Shown here one piece after another: positions 27,213 through 41,016 of a stretch of DNA of 64,000 bases. Numbering within the stretch: position 1 is the stretch's first letter; every line of letters starts with the position of its first letter. The stretch comes from Eledone cirrhosa (Eukaryota), in assembly GCA_964016885.1 (NCBI GenBank), contig OZ024740.1, forward strand, positions 129,580,001-129,644,000, written 5' to 3'. The notes beneath the pieces were generated by a model. It had not been told where the DNA came from. It saw only the letters and a list, made by a program, of their open reading frames with translations, and searched no databases. Both the position numbers and the translations under genes were made by a program.

Positions 27213-27505
27213 GTGAAGACACGTTTCTTAGTAGTTAGAACTTAGGTCTCACAACCCTAAGGTTATGACTTCCAGTCCCTGGCAAAACACTTTATTTCAG
27301 CTGTAGAAATGAGTGGCAACGTCACTGGTGACATGCTCAATCTGACATTACCTTTGACTTGGAAAACACCGGTGGCATGGTGAGGGAAGATCGCCATGTA
27401 TGAATGAGTGTGCGTCTTCCACAAACACATGTTGCCCAGGCGTGTATCTCTGACAGGATCCTTCTAGGTGCCAGACCATGATCATTCTTGACTGAAGGAG
27501 ACCTA
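27212..27505 (+). mobile_element. Degenerate SINE of a second tRNA-derived family
   Basis: Eroded A box (cttagtagttag) and B-box position, followed by a body that ends before (TA)n. Confidence 0.45.
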
Positions 27506-29865
27506 CGGTATATATATATATATAATGCTGTGTGTTAGAATGTTTGATGAAATTGCAAAGAATTTGAATAAATACCGCAATGCAAAGCATCCATCGTGTT
27601 AGAAGAATGAGGAATCTCACTTCCGTGTGTGAATCCAAATTCCGTGTTGAATAGATACATATTCTAGGGCTATGTAAAAGCAGAAATATTACATTGTCGG
27701 ATTCTATGCCTTTGGCTGTTAGTTCCGGCCCTAAGTGGAAGACCATGAAAAGCGTCATTGGCACACTTATTCTCACCCCTCTGACTGATAAATCAAAACT
27801 TATATACAATTCGAACAGAATGATTTCCCGTATTTTTCCGGCTTTGTGCAAAAGCGCGGATCTTAATTATGTATTCCGTCCTTCCATGGTCAGTACATAA
27901 TTTTATTGTAATATTGATGTTGCGAATGTAATATTAAAATGATGATGGTGGTAAGTATAGTAACGTTGATTGTGATATTGCGGAAAAGAGTGAAGTGTGT
28001 TGTAAATAATGTATGATCGTGTTGATGATAACATAAACGATGATGTCGTTTGCGATGATGATGTAGTTGGTGATGATGATTTAGTTGTGGGAATGTTACT
28101 GATGGTAGTGAAATTAGCCGATAGCAATGGGATAATAAAAATGGCGATAAGGAAATTATTCGTGATAGTAATTATGAAGGTTTGAGATAATCATGAGGAA
28201 GGTAATGATGACAAATGCTAACTTGATGTTCTTGTTCGAAACTCCTGATGTTCACAATAGTGATCATATAGATTATGATGATAATGATGGTGATTTCGAT
28301 GATGATTATATTGATGATTATGATGAATATGATGAGTAGGAGGGGATGGGGAAGGAGGTGGATTGTATTGATGATTATATGACAGCAGATAATAATATTG
28401 ATATGATAATTTAACATTAGCATACTGATTGTAATACGGATTGTATTTATGATACTGTTAACCAGGCTGATTAGGAAACTGTATCATGGTTACAAATATA
28501 CACATGTCAAAGATAGGGCGGTATTTTATAGACTAATCCTCTTTTAGCAGAATTGGTAATACACTCAACTTAATTTAAATTATGACACCCTATTTCCGCA
28601 GTTCATATATCGTCTAGGCAGTATTTTCTTCATTGTGGGTATATAATCTCAGTTCAACTCAAAGCATTCCGTCTCTCCATGACGTAAACTGTCTCCATCA
28701 GGTAGACAAGGTTTCTTAGTGGTAACCGAATTTAAGGACATTTCTGGCAAGCCACTTGTAAAGCCTCAACAGCCCCTGCGTCTATGATCTCTCAATGCGT
28801 CGTTCATCTACACCTTTGGCACGTTTCCACCACTGTATATATGTCCCGGCATGACGTGTTAAATATCTATTATATCATTGTGGGAAATTCAGTGGTTTCA
28901 CATTTGTAATGTGACTCCATTATTACGGCAATCTATATTTTGTTTTATTTATTTTCTTCTTGTTTATTTACTAATCATACATACTTATCGCTCTGTACAT
29001 TTTGAAAATACCCTCTTTGTTTAATATACTAGAAAATCCGTTTTTTGTATAAGTCCATCTTCGTTATTCTCAGGTTTTGTCTAGAATCTTCCGCTAATTA
29101 TATTTTTAACGTTTCATGACATTTCATGGATGAATGACGATGCACAAAATCTCAATTAGTAGCTAAACCAAGGAAATCATTTTTTAAATTTTATATAAAA
29201 GATTGTTGTTTAGTGAAGGCGACGAATTGACAGATTCGTTAGAACGACAAATAGAATGCTTTGCATAATTAGATTCGTCTCTCTTCTTTCTAAGTTCAAA
29301 TCCCGCCGAGATCGATGAAAAAGAACTGGGGTCGATTCCTTCTTTATGTCTCTTTTTCACTTCCATTCTGTATCCTTCAGACCTGGAAAAGGTTGTGATC
29401 CATCATGTTTTAAAATGCCATAGAAAAGCCGTATGTCAATAAGCACCACTACGTTCATTCAGGAGATATGAGGTAAATTATTAGAACCAGTATATATTCG
29501 GGCAAAATGGAATTTCAGAGTTCGAGTTCAAATCCCACCTGTAATCTTCTTCGAGATGTGTATGAAATAGAATAAGTATTAGCCATCTGGTGAGTATTAA
29601 TTAATTGACCACAATATATGCTGATATTTGTCAATTTCAGACATCAATCTTAGATTTATGAGTCACTATGCTAATTAAGTTAATGCAATTGCTGTTATCA
29701 CATTTATCGCCATCTTTGTAGTCGCCGTGAATAATCAGGTTTGATTTCTATGCATTTATAATCTAATTATTAATCATAATAGCTTCTGTCAGATCATTGT
29801 TGTCATTATTGTCTTAATTTTCCTTGAATTATCTACCTCTTTCGTCATTGCGTTAATAACATAAA

Positions 29866-30085
29866 TGGGCTCGTTGGCAGATTCGGTAGGACATCCGTGA
29901 GAATGAATTGTCGTATTTAATTAAGGCTCTTGATTTAGGTTCAAGTTTTGTAATGATTAAGTTTGCCTTTCATCCCTCGGGAGTATATACAATAAAATAC
30001 CGGTTAAGTACTGAGATCCAGTTAATCGATTTTTTCTACCATCATCTTTCTGCCCTTGTGACTAAATTATAAAGCATTATTATTA
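29866..30085 (+). mobile_element. tRNA-derived SINE, old copy with (ATT)n tail
   Basis: A box tggcagattcgg, ggttcaag, tttgcctttcatccc, cccttgtg, then attattatta. Confidence 0.72.
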
Positions 30086-31148
30086 CTGCTGTCGGAAGTG
30101 CTTTACTTGTTGTTTTTGTAGTAGTGTAGTTGCCTTTTACCACATATTAATCTTGATTGAGCTGCCTACGTTCAAATATATTCCTGCCAAGATCACAATT
30201 TTAAAAGAAATATCTACGGCGAAATATCTAATTCACTTATTCATTAAACCCAGATAGATATGTTAAATCTCAATATTTATGACTGAGGGATAATGGAATG
30301 TCATTTTTAACAAGACCAACAACGAGATACTAGTTCTGTTGGATCCTATATGTTGCTTTTGTTTTATTTGTAGTACCGTTACTGTTGCTACTCTTCATTG
30401 TAATGCTGCTAATATTAATATTTAGACTGACAGTGGTGGCAGTTGTTGAAGTGGGAGTTATGTAATGCAGCTATCTCACTTTCATCTGAGTTAAGCATAC
30501 ACTAACAAGTGGTTTTAGATAGGTTTAATATTTCCAGATTGAGTAGGGACCACTAAATAAATGCAACATCTTTAAGACTAGTTACATTTATCTTTAACTA
30601 CGTTTGACACAGTCCTCCTGTAATCCTTCGTTTTCTTCGACAACTTTCATAATCCCATCTCGATGTTTGTCTATATGTGATTTTGCACACGTACGCACAA
30701 ACACGTACAAAGCTACACACTCAAACATTCTGACAAACACGCACACAACCGCACACACAAACATGATGACACAGGAATTATAACACACTTACACAATCGA
30801 ACACACAGATATTATTACAAACATGTACACAACCGCACACACTGAATTAAGCGCAATCACACATGCGCATTTACATAATCGTACCTACACGCATACATGA
30901 CCATATATTTATTTAGTTTTCAGATATGCGACTACGATTATGATGGGTAATAACATTCATATGATTATTTGATCACATCAATCCCTATATTAATTTGAGC
31001 TTTAATAATATTTTATCAATATATGTTTGTCGAATCATTGTTTGGTATTGTGAAACACACATATTCTCCCTCCCATTGTTCCACGCTCGTGTATGTATAT
31101 AATTGGAAAATGTGAAACAATTGAACGCACAAACCAGCTATATATAAT

Positions 31149-31333
31149 AGTTTCTACTTTTGGCACAAGGCCAGCAATTATCCAGTGCGTTACTGGTACT
31201 TTATTTTATCGACCCCGTAAGGATGAAAGTCAAAGTTAACCTCGGCGGGATTTGAACTCAGAATGACAAGGGCCGTAACTCTATGCGTCAAAGCATGGCG
31301 TCCGACCCTCTACTGATACTGCCAATGGACCAC
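31149..31333 (-). mobile_element. tRNA-derived SINE with 11-bp TSD
   Basis: A box tggcagtatcag and B box gagttcaaatcc on the minus strand; ctatatataat is duplicated at 31138-31148 and 31334-31344. Confidence 0.92.
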
Positions 31334-31344
31334 CTATATATAAT

Positions 31345-31408
31345 TGTTTCTACTTTTGGCACAAGGCCAGTAATTACCTGGTACATTACTGGTACTTTAT
31401 TATTATCA
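31345..31408 (-). mobile_element. 5'-truncated SINE (3' part only), adjoining the previous copy
   Basis: tgtttctacttttggcacaaggccag...tactggtactttat repeats 31149-31210. Confidence 0.85.
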
Positions 31409-32081
31409 GAGAGACATGGTTAACACACAACAGGCGACGAAAGAAATTACTATAAGAGGCTAGCTGACTCATCTGTCCTTCTATTTTAGGTTGTTATAAT
31501 AAACAGCTGGAGACTAGAGCGCAGCCGGAAATAAACACTCCCTATGAATTATCGAAGAGCTGCGAGATTTGATAATTGCAAATGGAAGAATTCCGAATGG
31601 AGAAACTATTTCTAATAAGTGTCAATCGTTAAAGTATTAGCTGTGACAATCAGGTAAAATATTAATTCAGATGAAGATGGTGGGGATCCATATGCATAAT
31701 CTAACTCCGTAACTCTCAGATACTCTGCAAGCTATATTTACAGACATCTACTTGGTCATCTTTCTTCCAGTATATCTATGTATAATATAATTCCATCTAA
31801 TGTTAATGTTGAATTTAAATACATATTAAATAACCGTTTCCTTAGGCTATTTATTGTATTATGGTACTGAATTCAATATTTCGTCTGTCGCGTTGGATAG
31901 CTACCACCTTCAAGGAATTTAATCGATAACATCTATAGTCTTAATTGTTTTACTAAGTCTAGTCTTTATTCTATTGATCTATATGTTGAACCGATAGCGT
32001 ACGAGACGTAATCTCCCAGTCAACACAGAAAAAACTTGTGAACACAGGCATACATGCCAACATAATGAACATACATACACA

Positions 32082-32132
<51 letters not shown>

Positions 32133-32525
32133 GGGATAACAGGTTATCGTTATGACAGTCCACTTAGATGTAGTCCAGTTGGAGTAGTTCTTGTAGTGGA
32201 TAGTAATAACGTGTGGCTTAGTTTGCCTCAACAAGACGTTTCCATATTGATGCAGCAAGTTCGCGGTAATTTTTATGTAGTTTATACTTTTTCACCCGCT
32301 CCGTTGAAACAGAATGGTTATAAACAAAGTATTGGAGATCGAGTGATGCAAAATCAGGCGTATAGTGAACTCTAGACCTGCCAGATCAAAGCAATGTGAA
32401 TAAAGCCCTTATTCTATAGCGAACCATGTCGATCTTCTTTCTTGAATTATATATATAGATATGAGCTCAATCGGAGTTAACGACAGTACGTAAGGTATTC
32501 AATACATTAAAAGAGTGTAAACGTG

Positions 32526-32597
32526 AAATTCAATTTATGACTTCTATAGGTCTAGAAGTTCTTCATTCGAAATGTATCATCAGAAAATATTAAATTT
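32526..32597 (-). ncRNA. Type I hammerhead ribozyme motif, degenerate
   Basis: Minus strand reads aaatttaatatttt-CTGATGA-tacatt.tcg.aatgaa-GAA-cttcta.gaccta.tagaag-TC-ataaattgaattt. One A of GAAA is missing. Confidence 0.62.
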
Positions 32598-32770
32598 AAT
32601 CTGACGACCGATCCAGACGAATATATTATTATCGTCAGTGATGCAAAACCTTTGGTAATGGAGTAGTTATATGTGTTGTTCACTCTCTAATTAAATAGCT
32701 CTCTTCTATACATAGAGCACACCTTTGCTTTTCCTTTGGAATTACGTAACATATATATATATATATATAC

Positions 32771-32813
<43 letters not shown>

Positions 32814-32816
<3 letters not shown>

Positions 32817-32996
32817 TCAGGACCCCGATGGCTGAGGTCCAGCCGTTTCGACAGTTAGATCCGAACTTGTCGAAACGGCCGGAGCTCAACCGTTGGGGTC
32901 CTGACTCTTTTTCTATTACCCACTCTACAAATTACTACCCTGAGTATCGATAACTCTGGTGTGTTATGGTCCACCTGGATTCTTATCACACTTTCT
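32814..32996. repeat. Short fold-back element (hairpin head plus tail), copy 1
   Basis: agtcaggacccc...tttcgaca and tgtcgaaac...ggggtcctgact are inverted arms. The tail is homologous to the tail of the 33910-34120 copy. Confidence 0.8.
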
Positions 32997-33876
32997 AATA
33001 TATATATATATATATATCCGTGTGTTTACGTACGTAAGAATGTATGCATATATACATATGTTTGTATGTACAAATATATGTACATATACAAAAACTGTCA
33101 TACGAACACACACGTGCTCATACATACAAACATTCACACACCAACCGTGCCCAATATCTATGTATTAAAAGAAAGGAGAACAATTATCTTCAAAATCGGA
33201 GATTTTATCTAAAACGCAACGTGAAATCGTACATAAGTTTATTTAAATAATATCTTTTTTCCCGCTAATCCACCAAAAGAGATATTTCTGTATCTGTTAC
33301 ATCAACTCAAGTTGTTTTAAGAAATAATATATTTTTTAGCTTTCGATTGATTGTTACGAGCTTATCATCTAATAATTAAGTGATATTAATAAACTGTGTT
33401 CTATTTTGTTGTGAGCTCTTGCGTTCTAATCTATTGATTACTATTTCTCGAAACAATATTTTACGGGACATAAAATTACAGTAATATTATTTCGTTTTAG
33501 CACGCCCACGACCTTCTTAATTTTCTTGTTTTAGACTTTTATTTTCGTTCTCTGCAAATATTGTTTGACTTCCTATCCAACGTCTATACTTGTTCAGCTT
33601 GTTAATTATCTGCCCCTAATTCTGGCTAAAGATACCAACCCTGTCCTTCTGTATTTTCGACTAAAGTTTCTGCTCTAACTAGACGCACATTTCTCTATGC
33701 GGAGCGAAAGACAGTTATAATTTACACAGCGTATTGCCTACTATGTTGCATATATAGTAGTGTGAATTCTCTAAGTATAACATAGTTTTGCGTGTTATAT
33801 CACATCCTTACTCTATATATATGTGTATGCACTATCCGTTATGTCAACCCAGGTATTTAAAAAAACATTTATTATT

Positions 33877-33909
<33 letters not shown>

Positions 33910-33910
<1 letters not shown>

Positions 33911-34120
33911 AAGAGAGTCAGGACCGCGACGGCTGAGCTCCGGCTTTTTCGACAGCTAGATGCGAACACTGAATCCGAGTTCCGATCAAGATGTCGAAAC
34001 GGCCTGAGCTCAGTCGTTAAGATTCTGACACTTTTCGTAATACCCACTCTACTACACTAAGTATCGAGTACTCCGGTGCGTTATCATCCGCCTCGTTTCT
34101 TACCACACTTTCTTTGTTTC
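33910..34120. repeat. Short fold-back element, copy 2
   Basis: Same arms and tail (tacccactctac...agtatcga...cacactttct), lying between (TA)n tracts. Confidence 0.8.
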
Positions 34121-34128
34121 ATATATAT

Positions 34129-34212
<84 letters not shown>

Positions 34213-35071
34213 AGTTAGAGAGAAAGAGAGATAGAGGGAGGGAGAGAGAGAGACGGAGAGAGAGTCCCTGAAACAGAGACCATGAAGAGCACTAATCAAG
34301 GGAGTACGCAATGCATGGGGAGATGCCGAGCGTGTATAAAAATCAGCTAAACGCCGAACGTGGTGCCACGGTAGGGTTTTACCAATTTTTCTTTCACTAC
34401 ACCTCCCGCTCTCTCCACGCACACACCCACTCACACAGACACACACATCACAAATATATATATGTTTTTATACAATCCTAACAATTGCTGATGCTGATTT
34501 ATAGACATACAACAACTATAGTGAATCTTCATTTTGGCACTGATATCATTTCCCTAAAATGTATATTATTTTATAGAATATCAACACGACATCACCCTTT
34601 CTCACTTCCAATGATTTTGGCTACTATTTACAATACTTCTAACCTGCTTCACTGTATCTTCCAATGTCTCACTATATACTCGCGTTTCTACACATGTCTA
34701 TTTAAATCCCGCCGCCCGTGGTTATGCATTGAATGAATTATATGCGTGTGTGCTTGCGTAGTCGATCATGCTGGAATTTGTCTGTGTGCCCGTGTATCTC
34801 TGGGAGAGTCTTTGCATGGATTGCATGTCTAGTAAGGTATTCCTTTTTAATAAAGTTGCCTGCAGTTTATACCTTTTAAGATTCTGAGGAAAAATCTATC
34901 GAATTTTGATTTATAATATTATATAAGCTACTCTTCTCACTTAACTACCTATCCCTCTCTGTTTCACATACTATATATCACCCTATATATAATCGCACAC
35001 GCACACAGCTACAGATACATAAACAAACACGAACACGGTTATGTGTGTGCATACATATATTTATATGTATA

Positions 35072-35134
<63 letters not shown>

Positions 35135-35566
35135 ATCAAAAACAATTATATTGCAGACTCCTGCAATAGGAATTTGTCGATCTTGGAATTGCAGGAACTT
35201 AGAGCTGATCTTGGATGCTATATGTGATGTATATTGTTGATATAAGATGTAAGTTATATATCTTGCACTCAGCCTCACCGCTATGTCCGGGTCACTATAA
35301 AAACTTTTCCTGGGTCCTGTATTTTCATTGCTCTAGTGAGGCGGTTGGACTGCCGACCGCTATATCTGATTTGCTAAGCTGTCTGAACGTAATGTTATTA
35401 CTCTGGGGTCTATCCTCATCTGAGTGCTCCAGCTAGAGACCGATTATGCATATACGGTAGCTTGGCCGTATTCTAAAGCCTCGTCAATGCTGTACTAAAA
35501 TATATATATATATATACATACATATATAAATATGTATATATATATACACACACATACACACACACC

Positions 35567-35622
<56 letters not shown>

Positions 35623-35894
35623 GATCCTCCGCTCTTTGTTCCTATCTGATAAAGTATATAAACCTCCAATATATATTTATATACCTAAATATCTGTAGTT
35701 ATGCCATGTATATCTGCTCGCTCTTAGTTCTATCTGAGTGTCAGCGTCTGCCTTATCGAAATAGCATCATTTTATATCAATTTCCTAATCAATCGACAGA
35801 CTGCATATAATATTGCACGATAGGAATCAAGCAATTTAATCACCCAATCAGTTTCAACAAAACATATATATTAAACTATCTATTTCTCTCTCTC

Positions 35895-35946
<52 letters not shown>

Positions 35947-35962
35947 TATATATTCATATAAT

Positions 35963-36132
35963 TGTGTCTACTTTAAGAACAAGGCCAGCAAATTAACCAG
36001 TGTATTAATGGTACTTTATTTTATCGACCCCGTAAGGATGAAAGGCAAAGTTAACCTCGGCGGGATTTGAACTCAGTCCGTAAAGGAACGTCGCTGTGCT
36101 GCAAAGCATGGCGTCCGACCCTCTACCGATAC
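35963..36132 (-). mobile_element. tRNA-derived SINE with 13-bp TSD
   Basis: SINE core; atattcatataat is duplicated at 35950-35962 and 36133-36145. Confidence 0.92.
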
Positions 36133-36424
36133 ATATTCATATAATGTCAATAATATACATGTCAAGAAGGTGTAAAGCTCAATGTCAACAATATACATCG
36201 TTACATACGTAGATAGCAGATTCTCCTATTTTCAGATTTATGTAGTTCTTTGCAAATTTAAGGCTCTAAGGATATATCAATTATTGCCTGACATACCAGT
36301 TATAAAATGTAGGGATATTTTCCTTTCTTTATATTTTATTTTATTATTATTTCAGTTGTAGAAATATTGGTAGTGTTATTGAAATCCTGTTTAAACCCTA
36401 CCCTCCATCATACATGTACATATA

Positions 36425-37497
<1,073 letters not shown>

Positions 37498-37498
37498 C

Positions 37499-37576
<78 letters not shown>

Positions 37577-37579
<3 letters not shown>

Positions 37580-38389
37580 ATAAACTCAAATAGTCTTTTA
37601 CAATTAAATAGCTCAAAGAAAGGAATATTTCTGAGCCGTGTAATACAAATGAATATATGATAGGGATAAACACTGATACAAGTATACATGTGTTTGCATT
37701 GCAAATTACCAAGTTAACTAGATTGAAAAATACTAATTAAAATAATATGTACGGTTTGCCTCTCGATTTAAAATAATAAATCCGTAAAAACAAATCTATA
37801 TTGGCAATAGCCGTGATACCTGGACACATTTAAGATTTTTAATTTTAAATTTTTTCGCAACAATTAAGTGAAATTTTATTATTCCTGTGCTCTTCTGCAA
37901 GTATCCAGAAATTGGTAAGTTTCACTTCAAAATACTTAAGAAGACTGAGAGAAATGTGTTGTTGAACGCACATGTGTCGCAGCGCATAGCACGTTCCATA
38001 CGCGTGCTGCTAAAAATAGCAGCCAGTTTTATGGGACTAAACATTAGCTCACGTATGGAGCCGAGAATATTATATATAGAGTTATAAACTTAAATTATCT
38101 TTTACAATTAAATAGCTCCAATTTCTGGATACCTGCAGAAGAGCACAGGAATAGGAAGTTTCACTTAATTGTTGCGAAACTAATTTAAAATTTAAAATTT
38201 AAAATTTGTCCATGTATCACGGCTATTGCCAATATCGGTTTGTTTTTTATTGATTTATTATTTTAAATTGAGACTGTCAAACCGTATTATTTTAATTAGT
38301 ATTTTTCAATCTAGCTAACTTGGTCATTTGCAATGCAAACACATGCATACTTGTATCAGTATTTATCCCTATCATATATTCATTTGTAT
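37577..38389. repeat. Non-coding unit of about 500 bp with terminal direct repeat, followed by an inverted partial copy
   Basis: gagttataaact...aaatagctc occurs at about 37575 and 38078; 38118-38389 is a diverged reverse complement of about 37640-37915. Confidence 0.88.
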
Positions 38390-38400
38390 ATATATATATA

Positions 38401-38534
38401 TATTTATTAAAATAACAGAGTAAAGTTTAAGCAAAGAATCGTTGCTTTCACCCTTACGGGATCTTCTGACGATCCCGTTAAGGGTGAAAGCAGTGATTCT
38501 TTGCTTAAACTTTAATCTGTTATTTTAGTAAATA
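38401..38534. repeat. Near-perfect hairpin (arms about 63 bp, 7-nt loop) in (TA)n
   Basis: tatttattaaaataacagag...acgggatc-ttctgac-gatcccgt...tgttattttagtaaata. Confidence 0.92.
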
Positions 38535-38691
38535 GTTGCTCTACGGTTCTTATATATTATATATATATATATGTATCCTTATCGAGCGCTCTTTGGATTT
38601 TAGTCTTCAAATTTATTATTATTACTATATATATATATATGCACAAACATATCTATCTATATATTTACCTCACTCTCTCTCTCTCTCTCTC

Positions 38692-38811
<120 letters not shown>

Positions 38812-39636
38812 TATATATATATACATAATAATAAGAGCTGACAGATCCACCATATTTATCAATACCAGTACCGGTTGTATCTCAGCGCACTCAATCGGCA
38901 ATGTAAGATACATTACCAGAGTACCAGAGTATACACATAGTTATTTGCCTCAACACAACACACATAAAACGGGTGCCTATAAGGTTCCGGGACTCGAGTT
39001 TCTGCCGCACTAATGTAGCAGCAAGATGCACTGCACCATCTCTCTGTATATATTATGCAACAATGCACAATCGACTTATGCGGTTTCATCAGCGTGTATC
39101 GCCTAATCAATAACCAATTGATCGACATAATCCAAACACCAGCCCATGCCGGTCATGACTGTTTGTGACAACCAACACAGTAAAGCGATTAGCAACTGTC
39201 ACCCGACAGGACTATCTCTCAACTAGCCACTGATTTACAAATTTTACGTGGGGACGGGAAGCTAAAAAGAATCAATCTTTTAGTTCATGTCAGAAACTCC
39301 CAGCCAACGTGTCTCACACACAAATTATCAACGGGTGAAAAGATGGCTATTAAAAATAGTATTTCACATTGATATACAATAGAATGGTAGCATTCGGTTC
39401 ATGTCTCCAAGCCCCATGGCTAGAGGAAAGCGATGGTAACAATGGTAGTGCCATGAACCTTTGACGGACTTTAAATGCGATCATCCATTATATAACAATA
39501 TAGTAGCGAGCTGAAATGTGTCAGCCACGTGCGTAGATAACCAGTCTAATCCACAACTTAAAAGAGTGAGAGACAAAATTAATAGCAGGAAAAGGAGTGC
39601 ATATCAAAATATATATACAATAAAAAGTCAAAAAAT

Positions 39637-39671
<35 letters not shown>

Positions 39672-40737
39672 TAGTAGCACTGAAACAGCTCCATGCGCAT
39701 TGGGACATTATATGTAAATCATATACTATATGTTTATATACCATAAACGTAGAGGACACTCGCTATGATAGAAGTAATATTTTTCTTTACGAAAAAATTA
39801 GCTTTCTATACATATACATGACCACTTTATAGATTCTCTCTACAGGTACCGGCATGGAAATATACTAGAGTCAATATAGATTTTGCGTCATGAATATGTA
39901 TACTTGCAGGCGCTACTTATTTGAATATAGAGAGAACTTAGATGACTATGATTAATTGGCAGTAGCTGTTAGACAGTCTTAAATGTAATATGTGTGTATA
40001 GGAAAGCATATAATATATGCTTATATATAATAAAAAATGAGACCTATCCAAGAAAAACAATTTTTCGTTACGGATTTTTCTTTCTTCCATGGACACATCA
40101 CAGCTTTGTCTGTAGTAGTATAATGCTTGATAGTGTTGTTTCTATATTAGTTATTCCATCATCAGTTACATTTATGTAACTCTACTGGGGTGAAAATAGA
40201 CCAGACTGTATATATATTAGTCTCATGAACATTGGCATATAGGTTTAAATAAAATAAACAAATGAGAACCGGGTTTTCAAAGAAAAATATTATATATATA
40301 TATATAAGTGTGTGTGTGTGTGGGGGGGGGTATGTGTGTGTGTGTATGTGTGTGTATGTGTGTGTGTGTATGTGTGTGTGTGTGCGCGTGTGCGTGTGTC
40401 CGTGTGTGCCGGTGTGTGCATGAGGCATGAGCGCGTGCATGTATGTTTAATAATAAAAATAAGATGGCACAATACACACCAGAAAAAGTGCCAGAGAATG
40501 ACAAAATAAACATTCTCTGTGATATACTAATACTTACAGACAGAGAGATCAAGGTCAAACAGCTAGATATTTCAGTCAAAGACCATAAAGAAAAATAATC
40601 GCCTTCTAATAAAAGTATTGATACTCACAGGCGACAATATATCTTCCAAGGTAATAGAGATACTCCCCAAATATATAGCTCTATAGATACAAATAACCCT
40701 GAACGTAAGAAATGTAACAGAAACAGTACATAAAATA

Positions 40738-40773
<36 letters not shown>

Positions 40774-41016
40774 TTTTCTTTATTAAGCACAAGGGTTTAC
40801 ATAAAGTAGACATTAAGGACAGTACAGGACAATACAGGACGGTACAAATGGGCTTTTCTGCGTGTAAAAAAAACAGAGGTTGAAATAAAATAACAAAGAA
40901 AAATTCCACAATAGGGGGGAGACTTCCGAGGGACATCTGTGGAGAAAGCCCATTAAAAGACCAAAGTGGCCCTGACCACCAGGGCAAGTGCCCTCTCCCA
41001 GTTTTCCACCTTTAAT

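Noticed and set aside
31500-31625. Faint resemblance to a Tc1/mariner transposase C-terminus (also near 1620-1690)
   Set aside because: Too short and degenerate; no TIRs or DDE motif seen.
35448-35490. Minus-strand hammerhead-like TTGACGA-ggc...gcc-AAG
   Set aside because: Both core segments deviate without compensation and the stems are only 3 bp.
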